The notes beneath the pieces were generated by a model. It did not search any database. It saw nothing but the letters and a program-made list of their open reading frames with translations, and had not been told where the DNA came from. The position numbers and the translations under genes were made by a program. From a virus, in UHGV virus genome UHGV-0142121: DNA of 46,984 nt, one strand, 5' to 3'. Positions within the stretch are counted from its first letter, which is position 1. Each line of letters begins with the position of its first letter. Shown here piece by piece: positions 1-8,631 of this stretch.

Positions 1-54
1 AAACGACACACATTATTAAATATACGCGCGTATATTTAATAATGTGTGTCGTTT
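1..54. repeat. Hairpin telomere, left end: 54-nt perfect palindrome (apex between 27 and 28)
   Basis: Reverse complement of 1-27 equals 28-54 exactly; core TATACGCGCGTATA with alternating CG centre as recalled for N15-type telO; palindrome abuts the window start, as expected if a closed hairpin was read through. Confidence 0.85.
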
Positions 55-56
55 AA

Positions 57-198
57 CGTAACAGTATATGCAAATGATGTTACGATAAATTAATTAATGG
101 TTACGATAATTATTTACACATAGTTAAAATTATGTTACGATGATTTATAGGTTGATTTTTAGCCTTTTAGGTGTAATGTTTTCGCATATTGTTACGAT
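57..198. promoter_or_regulatory. Telomere-flanking repeat array: GTTACGAT direct repeats at 79, 100, 134, 191 and inverted CGTAAC at 57; overlaps the telN upstream region
   Basis: Four copies of one octamer in AT-rich DNA between telomere and telN start; the reverse-complement octamer recurs next to the other telomere. Confidence 0.5.
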
Positions 199-212
199 AA
201 TGAGGGGGGCAC

Positions 213-2114
213 ATGGCGAAGCTAGGCGATGGCGGAATTGGTAAAATCATCTCTGATTTGGTGGCGGACGTTGACGCTATCGAAGCGTCCGACATCCCAC
301 AGGGAGATAAGACACGAAAATATAAGGCTGCGGCTACACGTGTTAAAAACGCGCTATTTTTAGATAAAAGGAAGTTCCGTGGTAACGGTTTGAAGAAACG
401 CATTACAGCCAATACCTATAACGCGTATATGACCCGTATTCGTAAACAGTTCGACGACCGTTTGCACCATCACTTCACCAGCAGCATTGAAAAGTTAGCG
501 GCAAAATACCCCGCCTACAGTGCTGAATTACAGGCGTGGCAATCTATGCCTGCGGCAAATATTCGTCAGGCATACGGCAATCTACAGGGCCAACTGAAGG
601 AAATTATGCCGCTGGCGGAGGTGCTTTCGGGTATGAAGTTCGGACCGGCTGCGGAGAAAAAATTGACGCGCCTGGCAAAAAAATACCCTGCCTGGAGCAT
701 CTATCTTAACGCGTTGACCAGCCAAGACTGGAAGTCGGTCGAAACCGAAATGCATGCCGCGTTCCAACAGGGAACCCGCTTGTTGGATGATCTGAATGGC
801 CTGAAAATCAACCATGAAATTCTGTATCACCTGCAGTTGAGTCCGGCAGAACGCTCATCGATACAGCAGCGCTGGGGCGAGGTGCTCAGCGAGAAGAAAC
901 GGTCAACTGTACTCTTGGACTACCCCAAATATATGCAGGCTGTGACCGAGCAGATCTACAAGGCGTTTGAACCATCACTTATCACGCAACGTAAGGATAT
1001 GGCGCCGCTGGCGTTCGCGCTAGCAGCCGTATCCGGGCGTCGATTGATTGAGGTGATGGTTCAGGGAGAATTTGAGGTTACCGGCAAGTATGAAGTTATT
1101 TTCTACGGGCAGGCCAAAAAACGAACCGGCGAGGATAAGGGGCGTAAAATTTATGTGCTGTGCGACCCGGCTCTGTTCGTTCAACGTTTAAATGAACTGA
1201 GAAGTTGCCCCGCAGCGGCTGATTTTGACGAAATCAGATCTCTGTTGAACGATGATAGCTACCGGGCCGCAAATGTGCGCATCGCATCAATTCTTGGTAA
1301 CACATTTAACCAGCACGCGAAGCTGTTCTTCGGCGACGACCGCCGAACATTCAAAGACACGCGCGCGATTTATGCGCGTATCACCTATGAGGCGTTTTTC
1401 CGCTACGACCCGCGCTGGAAAAACGTTGATGAGGACGTCTTTTTCTCTGAAATCCTGGGGCATGACGACGAAAATACGCAGCTGCACTACAAACAGTTCA
1501 AACTGCATAATTTCTCACGCAGCTGGCGCCCGGAAACGGGGATTGAAAATAAGCGCCTCGCTGCTCTACAAGCGCTTGACGACCAAATGCCTGGCTTCGC
1601 CAGGGGCGATGCCGGTATCCGTATTCATGAAACAACAAAGCGGCTGGTGGAGGAATCAGCTGATATCGTCATCAACACAAAAATATTACGAGATGCTGGA
1701 TTTAACCCGACGCTAGTTCGCCGGTACCTTGATTTTGTTGCTGAGGCGCTGGCTATGAGCAGTACGATTAACAATGCAGATGCGCCCTCTATTGTCATAA
1801 CCTCTGACGAACTGGATGATGAAGACGACCTCGCTGGCGATAGCGGTGCCGATAGAGAGGAAACCAGTGACGATACCCAGGCGCTGGAAGCTGAAGAGGA
1901 AGGCCGAGAAGATGGCGTGACCGCCGAGGCCGAAGAGGAAAAACCAGTACCAATAGACACTCGTCCACGCTTCTCCGCGCCCGTTCGTAGTGACGACGGC
2001 AGCTGGACGATCCGTTTCAAATACAAGGGGCAGCTATACGCCTGGAGTGGCGCGGCGGATAGTATCAGCAGTGCCATGAAATCAGCATGGTTTGCGTATT
2101 TCCCAGAAAATTAA
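213..2114 (+). CDS. telN: Protelomerase (telomere resolvase) TelN, 633 aa
   Basis: Long stretches match my recollection of N15 TelN (RKFRGNGLKKRITANTYNAYM, MAPLAFALAAVSGRR, FFGDDRRTFKDTRAIYARI, acidic C-terminal tail); GAGGGGGG ribosome-binding site; sits beside the telomere palindrome. Confidence 0.9.
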   Translation: MAKLGDGGIGKIISDLVADVDAIEASDIPQGDKTRKYKAAATRVKNALFLDKRKFRGNGLKKRITANTYNAYMTRIRKQFDDRLHHHFTSSIEKLAAKYPAYSAELQAWQSMPAANIRQAYGNLQGQLKEIMPLAEVLSGMKFGPAAEKKLTRLAKKYPAWSIYLNALTSQDWKSVETEMHAAFQQGTRLLDDLNGLKINHEILYHLQLSPAERSSIQQRWGEVLSEKKRSTVLLDYPKYMQAVTEQIYKAFEPSLITQRKDMAPLAFALAAVSGRRLIEVMVQGEFEVTGKYEVIFYGQAKKRTGEDKGRKIYVLCDPALFVQRLNELRSCPAAADFDEIRSLLNDDSYRAANVRIASILGNTFNQHAKLFFGDDRRTFKDTRAIYARITYEAFFRYDPRWKNVDEDVFFSEILGHDDENTQLHYKQFKLHNFSRSWRPETGIENKRLAALQALDDQMPGFARGDAGIRIHETTKRLVEESADIVINTKILRDAGFNPTLVRRYLDFVAEALAMSSTINNADAPSIVITSDELDDEDDLAGDSGADREETSDDTQALEAEEEGREDGVTAEAEEEKPVPIDTRPRFSAPVRSDDGSWTIRFKYKGQLYAWSGAADSISSAMKSAWFAYFPEN

Positions 2115-2123
2115 TTCACATAA

Positions 2124-2141
2124 CCGGGACCGTGGTCCCGG
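2124..2141. repeat. sopC-like palindrome CCGGGACCGTGGTCCCGG followed by TTTT; possible SopB site and/or bidirectional terminator between convergent telN and repA operons
   Basis: 8-bp inverted repeat around a 2-bp centre, 10 nt after the telN stop; same core as the dispersed TGGGACC..GGTCCCA family. Confidence 0.55.
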
Positions 2142-2277
2142 TTTTACAACCGACCTATCCAGCCCGTAGGGACGAACCTCTAACGGCATCCGGCTGAATT
2201 ATATGCCGAAAACTGTCACCAATATTTCTACCGGATGTTTTGCGAAAATTTCCTCGTTCATCCTCTGCGATAAATCA

Positions 2278-2661
2278 TTATTTAAGCTCCGTTTCTGGAA
2301 ACATTTCCTGCAGCCGCTTTTCGTAGCACACATCGTCGAAATACTTCTGCTCAACTTTCAACTCAAAGTCATTCAGCGTCATTTCTACAGGTCTGATACC
2401 ATAAAGCAGGGTACTTTTATTCATATCAAACATTTCCGTTCCTTCTTTGGTCCCTGCATCTTCCAGAACAGATTGAGCTATGTCAGAAAAGCAGATCGCC
2501 GCGCAGCGAAAATCAGCAAAGGCCCGATGCTCTCCAAACTCAGTCACCACATAAACGACGCGGGTCGGGCCACTGGCGCGGCGTTCAATTTCTCGTGCAA
2601 TATCTTGCTTAAGCTCATCCAGATCGTAGTCAGTTAGCTTTTTTACGTTAAGATCAATCAT
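2278..2661 (-). CDS. Hypothetical protein, 127 aa, acidic, last gene of repA operon
   Basis: ORF with ATGA start/stop overlap to the upstream gene; AT-richer than repA by eye; no recognisable motif. Confidence 0.5.
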   Translation of the reverse strand: MIDLNVKKLTDYDLDELKQDIAREIERRASGPTRVVYVVTEFGEHRAFADFRCAAICFSDIAQSVLEDAGTKEGTEMFDMNKSTLLYGIRPVEMTLNDFELKVEQKYFDDVCYEKRLQEMFPETELK

Positions 2662-3050
2662 GCCCCTACCTCACGTAGTTTCTGGTCGATATAACTTTCA
2701 AGTGCGCCATCTGTCGTCTTTTCACGTTTCAAAAACCATCTATCAGACGAAAATTTCCCTCTTTCCCGTTGGTGAATTAAATCGCCAGTGTCACGAATAG
2801 TTCTGGGAACACCCTGCATGACGATTGCAGGAAGAAACATGACAACGATGAGCAAAACCTTCATCCATGCCGAAGTGAAATACTGTGCCTCGAATATCTG
2901 AGATTCTGGCTCGAAGTAATACTCAATTTTTGCTCCAAATCGTTGCTTGCGGTTTGGCAGCATTTTGTTATGCGTAGCCCTGCTTACGGGAATTCGAACG
3001 AATCCTTTCTCACACAAGTTTTCATATTTGTAGATCACGTTAACCCCCAC
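2658..3050 (-). CDS. Hypothetical membrane protein, 130 aa, single central transmembrane helix
   Basis: Hydrophobic segment WMKVLLIVVMFLPAIVM; translationally coupled to neighbours on both sides. Confidence 0.5.
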   Translation of the reverse strand: MGVNVIYKYENLCEKGFVRIPVSRATHNKMLPNRKQRFGAKIEYYFEPESQIFEAQYFTSAWMKVLLIVVMFLPAIVMQGVPRTIRDTGDLIHQRERGKFSSDRWFLKREKTTDGALESYIDQKLREVGA

Positions 3051-3376
3051 TGGCCATCAGCAAACAGCGCTTCGTATTCGGACGCCGGCAGGCGCTGGCC
3101 CTGAATAGAAAAGTTCAGCCAGCCGCGAGTTTGCGGGTTGCCTTTGTCTTCTTCAGTCTCTCCGTTCCAGCGCTTCTCAGCTTCGCGTACCAGGCATTCG
3201 ACAGCTTTCAGGTAGTCCTCAGTTCGGTACCAGCCGTAGTTGACCGAGCCATCAGTTACCGCCCAGGCGACCTTCTTTTGTTCTTCCTGGATAGCACGAA
3301 GCATTTCGTCGCACTTATTCCGGCAGAACTGCAACTGGACACGATCCAGTGTTTTCAAAAAATCAGTAGTCGACAT
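3035..3376 (-). CDS. Hypothetical protein, 113 aa, immediately downstream of repA
   Basis: ORF 11 nt after repA stop on the same strand; no recognisable motif. Confidence 0.5.
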   Translation of the reverse strand: MSTTDFLKTLDRVQLQFCRNKCDEMLRAIQEEQKKVAWAVTDGSVNYGWYRTEDYLKAVECLVREAEKRWNGETEEDKGNPQTRGWLNFSIQGQRLPASEYEALFADGQWGLT

Positions 3377-3386
3377 AGATATCCCC

Positions 3387-6300
3387 TTAAACCGCCTGCA
3401 ACCGCTTCAGTTCGTTGTATTGGCCATCTGATAGTTGCCACATATTGTCAGCCATAAACAGCCCGGCAACCGTCGCCTGTATCAACCGTGGCGGCATAGT
3501 CGCCAGTTGTGCCAGTTCTTCCGGCGTCAGTGCGGTTCTCAGCCATGCAAATGGCACCGGCATCGCAGCGATAGCCTCTTCAATCGTCGTCAGCGTTGCC
3601 TCAATAAATGCCGTCTCAGCAGATCCAGATTGGGATCTTACATCTATATTTGATCGGCAATCGAGATCCGGTTCTTCCGGTGCCCCCACATCCAGTTTCA
3701 TCTGGACAAACGACAGTGATGCCTCGGCGCGACGCGCCAGAATTCCGTGAATGAATTCCCAGGATTCGGGGACGATTGACCACACGTAACCGAGGCCCTG
3801 TGAACGCGGTAGGCGGCGTTTTTGAGTCGCGTAACCGAATGCCTCACAGATCTGTTTGAAAACCGTCTCGGGGCGTTTCTGGCGGCCTTTAGGGTTTATA
3901 TAGCCACCGAACCGCAGGACGTTGTTGAAACGGTCCGCGGTGGTTGGGTCCATAAGTTTGGCCATAGCTTCCGCCATACCTTCCTGGCTGGCTTCACCGG
4001 CGCCGGTATCTGGGTTAATACCGCAGGTGGAGAAATACTCCCTGGCGGCCTTACGGTGCAGCGATGCGTACGTACGCTGGGTTACTTCCATCACCGGGCG
4101 GCTTTGGACGGTGTAGCCGGTTATTCCTGGCTGCATGCGGTCGAACTGCGCATCAGCTGCTTCGCGGTTGAGCGCGGTGATCGTTACAAATTCGTTACGC
4201 GGCCCTTTGCGGAATTGGTAGGTGAACGTGAAAGCCTGCTGCTCACGGTCAATGCGTGCGGCGGTCATTTCATCCATCGTCATCAGTTCGGCCAGCGTCA
4301 GTTTCTTCTTCCCGCCATCGAGCAGGAATTTCAGAGATTCCGGGCTGACATCCAGCATCAACTCTTTTTCGATATCCCAGCGCGCCAGTTGCGCCTGCTC
4401 ATCTTCAGATAGTGATCGCTTGCCCATCAGTTCGTCGCGTTCGTCTTCGTCCGGGGTTTCCACTTCCATATGGCGCAGAACGGTCATATCCCAGACCCGC
4501 TCTTTCGATGCCTTACGCAGTTCTTTGCCGGTTTCGCTGGCCAGCGAGTCTTCGGCCAAGTGGCTGACGTTATAGCCATCGGCGTAGAGAATGCAGATCA
4601 GGTTGTTGGCGAAATCGTTTCTGGCCTGGGCCTCCATCGCGGCAACTTTAAATTTCATGCGGACATAGGTGGTGTCCGCCAGACCAAGGGAAAGGCGGTC
4701 GCCATCCAGGATGGCGTCGGTAAATTCTTCGTTTATCTCGGCGGTTTCCAGCAGTGCCTGCAGGAACCCACGGCGGATGTTGTCGGCGTTCTCTTCGCGT
4801 ACGCCAGGCAGCTTGTTCAGGCCGACCATAAATTCGGTGGCGGTCCTGTCGCGGCGCAGCATCTGAATGGCGTCGGACGGCACTACCTGGCCGCAGAAGC
4901 AGCCGAAATGGCGGGTGAAGTGCCGTTCTTCGATCGAGACGCCAGAACTGATAGCCGGGCTATAAATCAGGCCATCGTAGAGTTTAGCGCGCTGGTTCGG
5001 CGCGTCGGTAAACGCCACGACTTCCTGATCCGGCTTTGTGTCCTGGCTGACGTAAAGCCATTTCTTTTCTGGCCAGCGGTCGCGCAGCTGCAGCAGCAAC
5101 TGTTCGGCAAAATTGGTTGAGTCGGTGGCCAGCAGGAATTTTTCGCCAGCGGCCACAGCTTTCAATACTTCAACCATTATGCGGTCGGTATCGGTGTAAA
5201 GCACGCGGCGCGCTTCGCGCGTACCGTCGACTTTTTTGTACTTCACATCAACCGGCAGCTCGATGACGTGGATCTGTGTCCAGGTCGACAGGCCGGTTTG
5301 TTCGCGTCTGGCCAGCGCCAGTTCGCAGAGGTCTACCAGGATATCGCTGGCGTCCGCATCAACCAGCAGTGCGTGGTCATCGCTGTACGCGATGGAGTCG
5401 ATAAGGCGATTGAACACATCAACCGGGTGCGCCATCGCTTTACCGGAAAGCGTAGCGCGCAGGCCCTGGGTAGCTTCATCCAGGCCAAAGAAATCGTGCT
5501 TGCGCATCAGCGGTTGCCAGCAGCCCTTCACGATTGAATTGATACAGATCGTCAGCTTGCTGGCATACGGCGCCAGTTCCTGATAGCCGGGGTCCTGATA
5601 GTGCAGGATATCGCAATTCATGCGGCGGCCATCGTCGGCACGCGTCATCATGTCCCAGAGGCCACCGATTAGCGAAACGCGGTGCGCAACCGAAACGCCA
5701 CGCTGCGCGCTGTGCATCATAGGGCGCAGCAGGTGCTTGGATTTGCCCGACCCCATGCCGGCACGGACTATTACCGGGCCATTCAGCGCTTTGATGTAAT
5801 CCAGCACGTCTTTGGTCATGTGCGGTGTATCGAACCGCTTATAGGTGATATGATCGGGGCGTATTGCCGGGTTCGTTACGCGCTCGCTGAATGATCGGAA
5901 AGCCTGGGCCTTGTCGCATTTCTGTTTGAAGGCGCGTTTAACGCGGTTATACACGGTACCGTGCAGCGCTTTGTCGGCGCCGAGCTGGTCCAGCTTCATT
6001 TTTATCAGCGAGATCAGCTCCTGCGGGGATAACTTGGACGGGCATTGCATCATGCCGGCATCAATGCAGCGTACCAGCTGGCGTGAGAACGCGCGGCGAT
6101 CGGAAACCGGCGCAACGGCCAGAGACAGCATTTCAGCATCAAAGGAATTGCCTGGCAGCTGCAGGCGGTTCTGTTTTGAAAACAGCTGGCGGTTAGTTTC
6201 GGTGGCACCACGCGCCAGGTGGAGATCGTTGAAATCGCTTAATTCAGTTTCGCTGCTGTCGAAAATCGGGAATGTGCAACGGACCTGCGGGAATTTCTTC

Positions 6301-7376
6301 ATCACGTCGATGCCGACTCTTAACCCGGTATTGCCCTTTCCATTACGGGCCGACTTCTGGTCGTTATCCAGTGCGCACCAGATTTCCATGCCTGGGTACA
6401 GGCTGACCAGCTGATCAACAACCTTGATAACGTTATTTGCTGACACAGCCACGACAACAGCGTCGAAGCGCTTTTTGGCAACGGCAAACACACTGGCGCC
6501 AGTCGCGAAGCCTTCAACAACGCAGATCCTGGTTGCGCCGCGCAGCTGGCCAATGATGTGGCACGAACCAGCAAAGTCACCGGAATCAACAGCGCGGGTC
6601 TGCAGCTTGTCGTTTCTCTCGGTGATTCGCTGCCAGCCAACAATCGGGCCAACGCGAGATTCCCTGTCTTCCCGGCGGTCATCAATATGAGACAGCGGGA
6701 TAGCCATAACAGTTTGTTTTTTAACCGTTTTAGAATTGGGACCATGGTCCCACTGGGTTACGCGCCTGACGTTGCAGTATGAGAAAATGGAGCTGATACC
6801 TTTCTTCACCGCGTATGGCCATGAACCATCTTCTGCCGGTGCGTTGGCGAATGCGGTGGAGAACTGCAGGTATTCGTTCAGGTCAGCGTCGCGGCGCTGC
6901 GACTCCATAAACACAGAGATAGCCTGCTGGCGTTCACGTTCCTGGCGGCGTGCCTCAGCACGTTTACGCTGTTCCAGCTCGCGCGCGGACAGTGGGACCA
7001 CGGTCCCACCGTTCTGTTCTTTGTACCGGCGATATTCGGCTATAAGGAACTGGAAACCACTCCAGGAGCCAGCGTCAGAGCCTTTACATACGAAGTTAAC
7101 AAACGGGTACTTGATGCCTTCCTGCGAACACTCCATGCGGGAGTAGATCTCAACCTTACCTTTCAGCTTTGGCTCAGTAACGGCAGGACCATGATGGGCG
7201 TACTTTGTGAATTTTTCGGCGGCACCGCGAGAGGCAGAAAGTTGAATATCACTGGCGCATTTATGCCAGTCGATGCCGGCAGCGCTCGCAAGATCACTCA
7301 ATTCATTTGATGCCGCGTCAAGCAGCGAAAACGGGTCAGAGTTAAATTTGTGTTGAAAAAAATCCGTTAATTTCAT
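3387..7376 (-). CDS. repA: Replication protein RepA (primase-helicase), about 1329 aa from ATG at 7376; track ORF extends to a TTG at 7388
   Basis: Size and architecture match N15 RepA; Walker A GMGSGKSK; GGTGA ribosome-binding site before the 7376 ATG. Confidence 0.88.
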   Translation of the reverse strand: MKLTDFFQHKFNSDPFSLLDAASNELSDLASAAGIDWHKCASDIQLSASRGAAEKFTKYAHHGPAVTEPKLKGKVEIYSRMECSQEGIKYPFVNFVCKGSDAGSWSGFQFLIAEYRRYKEQNGGTVVPLSARELEQRKRAEARRQERERQQAISVFMESQRRDADLNEYLQFSTAFANAPAEDGSWPYAVKKGISSIFSYCNVRRVTQWDHGPNSKTVKKQTVMAIPLSHIDDRREDRESRVGPIVGWQRITERNDKLQTRAVDSGDFAGSCHIIGQLRGATRICVVEGFATGASVFAVAKKRFDAVVVAVSANNVIKVVDQLVSLYPGMEIWCALDNDQKSARNGKGNTGLRVGIDVMKKFPQVRCTFPIFDSSETELSDFNDLHLARGATETNRQLFSKQNRLQLPGNSFDAEMLSLAVAPVSDRRAFSRQLVRCIDAGMMQCPSKLSPQELISLIKMKLDQLGADKALHGTVYNRVKRAFKQKCDKAQAFRSFSERVTNPAIRPDHITYKRFDTPHMTKDVLDYIKALNGPVIVRAGMGSGKSKHLLRPMMHSAQRGVSVAHRVSLIGGLWDMMTRADDGRRMNCDILHYQDPGYQELAPYASKLTICINSIVKGCWQPLMRKHDFFGLDEATQGLRATLSGKAMAHPVDVFNRLIDSIAYSDDHALLVDADASDILVDLCELALARREQTGLSTWTQIHVIELPVDVKYKKVDGTREARRVLYTDTDRIMVEVLKAVAAGEKFLLATDSTNFAEQLLLQLRDRWPEKKWLYVSQDTKPDQEVVAFTDAPNQRAKLYDGLIYSPAISSGVSIEERHFTRHFGCFCGQVVPSDAIQMLRRDRTATEFMVGLNKLPGVREENADNIRRGFLQALLETAEINEEFTDAILDGDRLSLGLADTTYVRMKFKVAAMEAQARNDFANNLICILYADGYNVSHLAEDSLASETGKELRKASKERVWDMTVLRHMEVETPDEDERDELMGKRSLSEDEQAQLARWDIEKELMLDVSPESLKFLLDGGKKKLTLAELMTMDEMTAARIDREQQAFTFTYQFRKGPRNEFVTITALNREAADAQFDRMQPGITGYTVQSRPVMEVTQRTYASLHRKAAREYFSTCGINPDTGAGEASQEGMAEAMAKLMDPTTADRFNNVLRFGGYINPKGRQKRPETVFKQICEAFGYATQKRRLPRSQGLGYVWSIVPESWEFIHGILARRAEASLSFVQMKLDVGAPEEPDLDCRSNIDVRSQSGSAETAFIEATLTTIEEAIAAMPVPFAWLRTALTPEELAQLATMPPRLIQATVAGLFMADNMWQLSDGQYNELKRLQAV
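6736..6753. repeat. sopC-like palindrome TTGGGACCATGGTCCCAC inside repA coding sequence
   Basis: Near-perfect 18-bp inverted repeat matching the dispersed family; encodes TQWDHGPN in RepA. Confidence 0.7.
7002..7019. repeat. sopC-like palindrome GTGGGACCACGGTCCCAC inside repA coding sequence
   Basis: Core TGGGACCACGGTCCCA, identical to the F sopC inverted repeat as I recall it; encodes GGTVVPL in RepA. Confidence 0.7.
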
Positions 7377-7405
7377 TATTTCACCCAAAAAAAGACGCTG
7401 CGCAG

Positions 7406-7435
7406 TTGCGCAGTGCAGGTGAAACGAACTACAAT
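7406..7435 (+). promoter_or_regulatory. Candidate sigma70 promoter (TTGCGC, 18-nt spacer, TACAAT) pointing away from repA
   Basis: Hexamers read by eye; overlaps TGCGCAG direct repeats at 7399-7413. Confidence 0.3.
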
Positions 7436-7441
7436 CGACTC

Positions 7442-7558
7442 ACAGTTGTGTCTTTGATCAGCTTTGTTCATTAAAGTGAATGCCAATCACTGACTGAGTT
7501 GAATCTAGACCTGTTTCACCCGAAAAGCCCTGGACGCCACATCCGGGGCTTTTTATTT
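7442..7558 (+). ncRNA. Candidate small RNA of about 115 nt ending in an intrinsic terminator (7526-7558); no ORF
   Basis: Promoter-like element upstream; 8-bp stem AGCCCTGG/CCGGGGCT with 9-nt loop followed by TTTTATTT; lies in the repA-cB intergenic region with no plus-strand CDS. Confidence 0.3.
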
Positions 7559-7644
7559 GTCTGAATCCAGAGGTGGTTAAAAAGTGCTCAATCCGCACGC
7601 TACCTCTGGGGCAAGTACATCCTGGTCAGTTGCTATCACGCCAC

Positions 7645-7674
7645 ATAATAGCCTCTGACAAGTACGTTTGACAA
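7645..7674 (-). promoter_or_regulatory. Candidate leftward promoter (TTGTCA, 18 nt, TATTAT) that would give repA a leader of about 260 nt
   Basis: Hexamers read by eye on the minus strand just downstream of the cB stop. Confidence 0.3.
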
Positions 7675-7694
7675 ACCTTGGTTACTAAAATTTA

Positions 7695-8324
7695 CTATCT
7701 GGCCTTAACTGCTATAGATTTAGCCACGCAGATAACGGGATGAATCAAAATAATTTCGTCAAGATCGATTATCACGCGCTGAGATCTGTCGTTCGGCGCG
7801 TCGAGAAACACTTTGCCATCACGCTTCGACGCTAACATCCTAATAAACGGGTCATTACCTGATTTTGTGACAACGACCACATCTTCCCCGGTCACCGGCT
7901 CGCGGTTTGGGTCTGCGATCAGCACTTCACCGATATGATACGGCGCCGCGACGTCGTTATCGACCATCAGGCCATACAGGGCCGCATCCTGAACATTGAT
8001 ATCAACGTATTCCCGGCAGTTCTGCGCCAGGCCGCTATTAATCATTTCCAGGTTGGGGCCTGTCGCGGTTGAACCGATAACAGGGACTCCACGAAACACA
8101 TCGCCGCCGGCACCAGTTAAGATCCACTCAACAGGACGGCCCAGCTCGCGCGCCAGCTTGATAGCCAGATCTAACGCGGGCATAGCATCACTATTTTCCA
8201 GGTGTGAAAGTCCTGCCCCGGTAATACCGACGCGTTCAGCTACGGCTCTCACCGAGAACTTTGATTTATTTCGCTTCTTCAGCTCTTCACGGCGAGCCTT
8301 CAGCCAATCACCACGTTTTTCCAT
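7695..8324 (-). CDS. cB: Prophage repressor CB (CI-like), 209 aa: N-terminal HTH plus C-terminal LexA/S24-type domain
   Basis: HTH-like segment VRAVAERVGITGAGLSHLE; divergent from a cro-like gene; position matches the N15 immB region. Confidence 0.8.
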   Translation of the reverse strand: MEKRGDWLKARREELKKRNKSKFSVRAVAERVGITGAGLSHLENSDAMPALDLAIKLARELGRPVEWILTGAGGDVFRGVPVIGSTATGPNLEMINSGLAQNCREYVDINVQDAALYGLMVDNDVAAPYHIGEVLIADPNREPVTGEDVVVVTKSGNDPFIRMLASKRDGKVFLDAPNDRSQRVIIDLDEIILIHPVICVAKSIAVKAR

Positions 8325-8345
8325 AGAGAGATATTAAATCAAATC

Positions 8346-8363
8346 TGTATAGCTAGCTATACA
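8346..8363. promoter_or_regulatory. Operator: perfect 18-bp palindrome TGTATAGCTAGCTATACA; a half-site copy TGTATAGCT recurs at 8415
   Basis: Perfect inverted repeat 22 bp upstream of the cB start, inside the cB/cro divergent intergenic region. Confidence 0.6.
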
Positions 8364-8390
8364 CGGCTAAAGGGAATATTAGTGTAAATT

Positions 8391-8435
8391 TTGACAAGCG
8401 TACTAGACAAAACTTGTATAGCTTGGTTAGTATCA
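8391..8435 (+). promoter_or_regulatory. Putative rightward early promoter(s) for cro (TTGACA at 8391; -10-like TAGTAT at 8428)
   Basis: Consensus -35 hexamer; -10 candidates overlap the operator half-site; no Shine-Dalgarno before cro, suggesting a short or absent leader. Confidence 0.4.
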
Positions 8436-8439
8436 TTTC

Positions 8440-8628
8440 ATGAAAACGAAAGAAGCCATAGCCGCCTGCGGCGGCATAAACAAACTCTGCGAACTGCTCG
8501 GCTGTACTCGCGTTGCGATCTACAAATGGGGAGAGGAAGTCCCCGTGCTTCGACAGTACGAGCTGGAGATTAAAACAAATGGCCGACTCAAATCTGACTA
8601 CACACTGCATAAAGAAAAGGATGCCTAA
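8440..8628 (+). CDS. cro: Cro-like repressor, 62 aa
   Basis: Small HTH protein (ELLGCTRVAIYKWG) divergent from cB. Confidence 0.75.
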   Translation: MKTKEAIAACGGINKLCELLGCTRVAIYKWGEEVPVLRQYELEIKTNGRLKSDYTLHKEKDA

Positions 8629-8631
8629 CCC

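Noticed and set aside
57-198. GTTACGAT repeats considered as a possible CRISPR array or iterons
   Set aside because: Repeats are only 8 bp with irregular 21-57 bp spacing and are mirrored at the other telomere; this fits telomere-flanking protein-binding repeats, not CRISPR (no 25-40 bp repeats, no cas genes).
1252-2077. ORFs 1252-1716 (+, other frame) and 1625-2077 (-) inside telN
   Set aside because: Fully embedded in the telN coding sequence; Ser/Ala-rich low-complexity translations typical of antisense or frameshifted reading of a real gene.
3822-6414. Multiple plus-strand ORFs of 64-216 aa overlapping repA on the opposite strand (for example 3822-4412, 4470-5120, 5911-6414)
   Set aside because: Shadow ORFs in a GC-rich region inside a long, well-supported gene on the other strand; no ribosome-binding sites noted; low-complexity Ala/Arg/Ser-rich translations.
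6736-7146. ORF 6736-7146 (+) starting MGPWSHW, and similar MGPWS/MGPRS ORF starts at 16186 (-), 22498 (-) and 10200 (+)
   Set aside because: Their start codons are created by the TTGGGACCATGGTCCCAA palindrome itself (internal ATG or TTG); they are artefacts of the repeat. For 10200 and 22481 the real genes were re-started at downstream ATGs with ribosome-binding sites.
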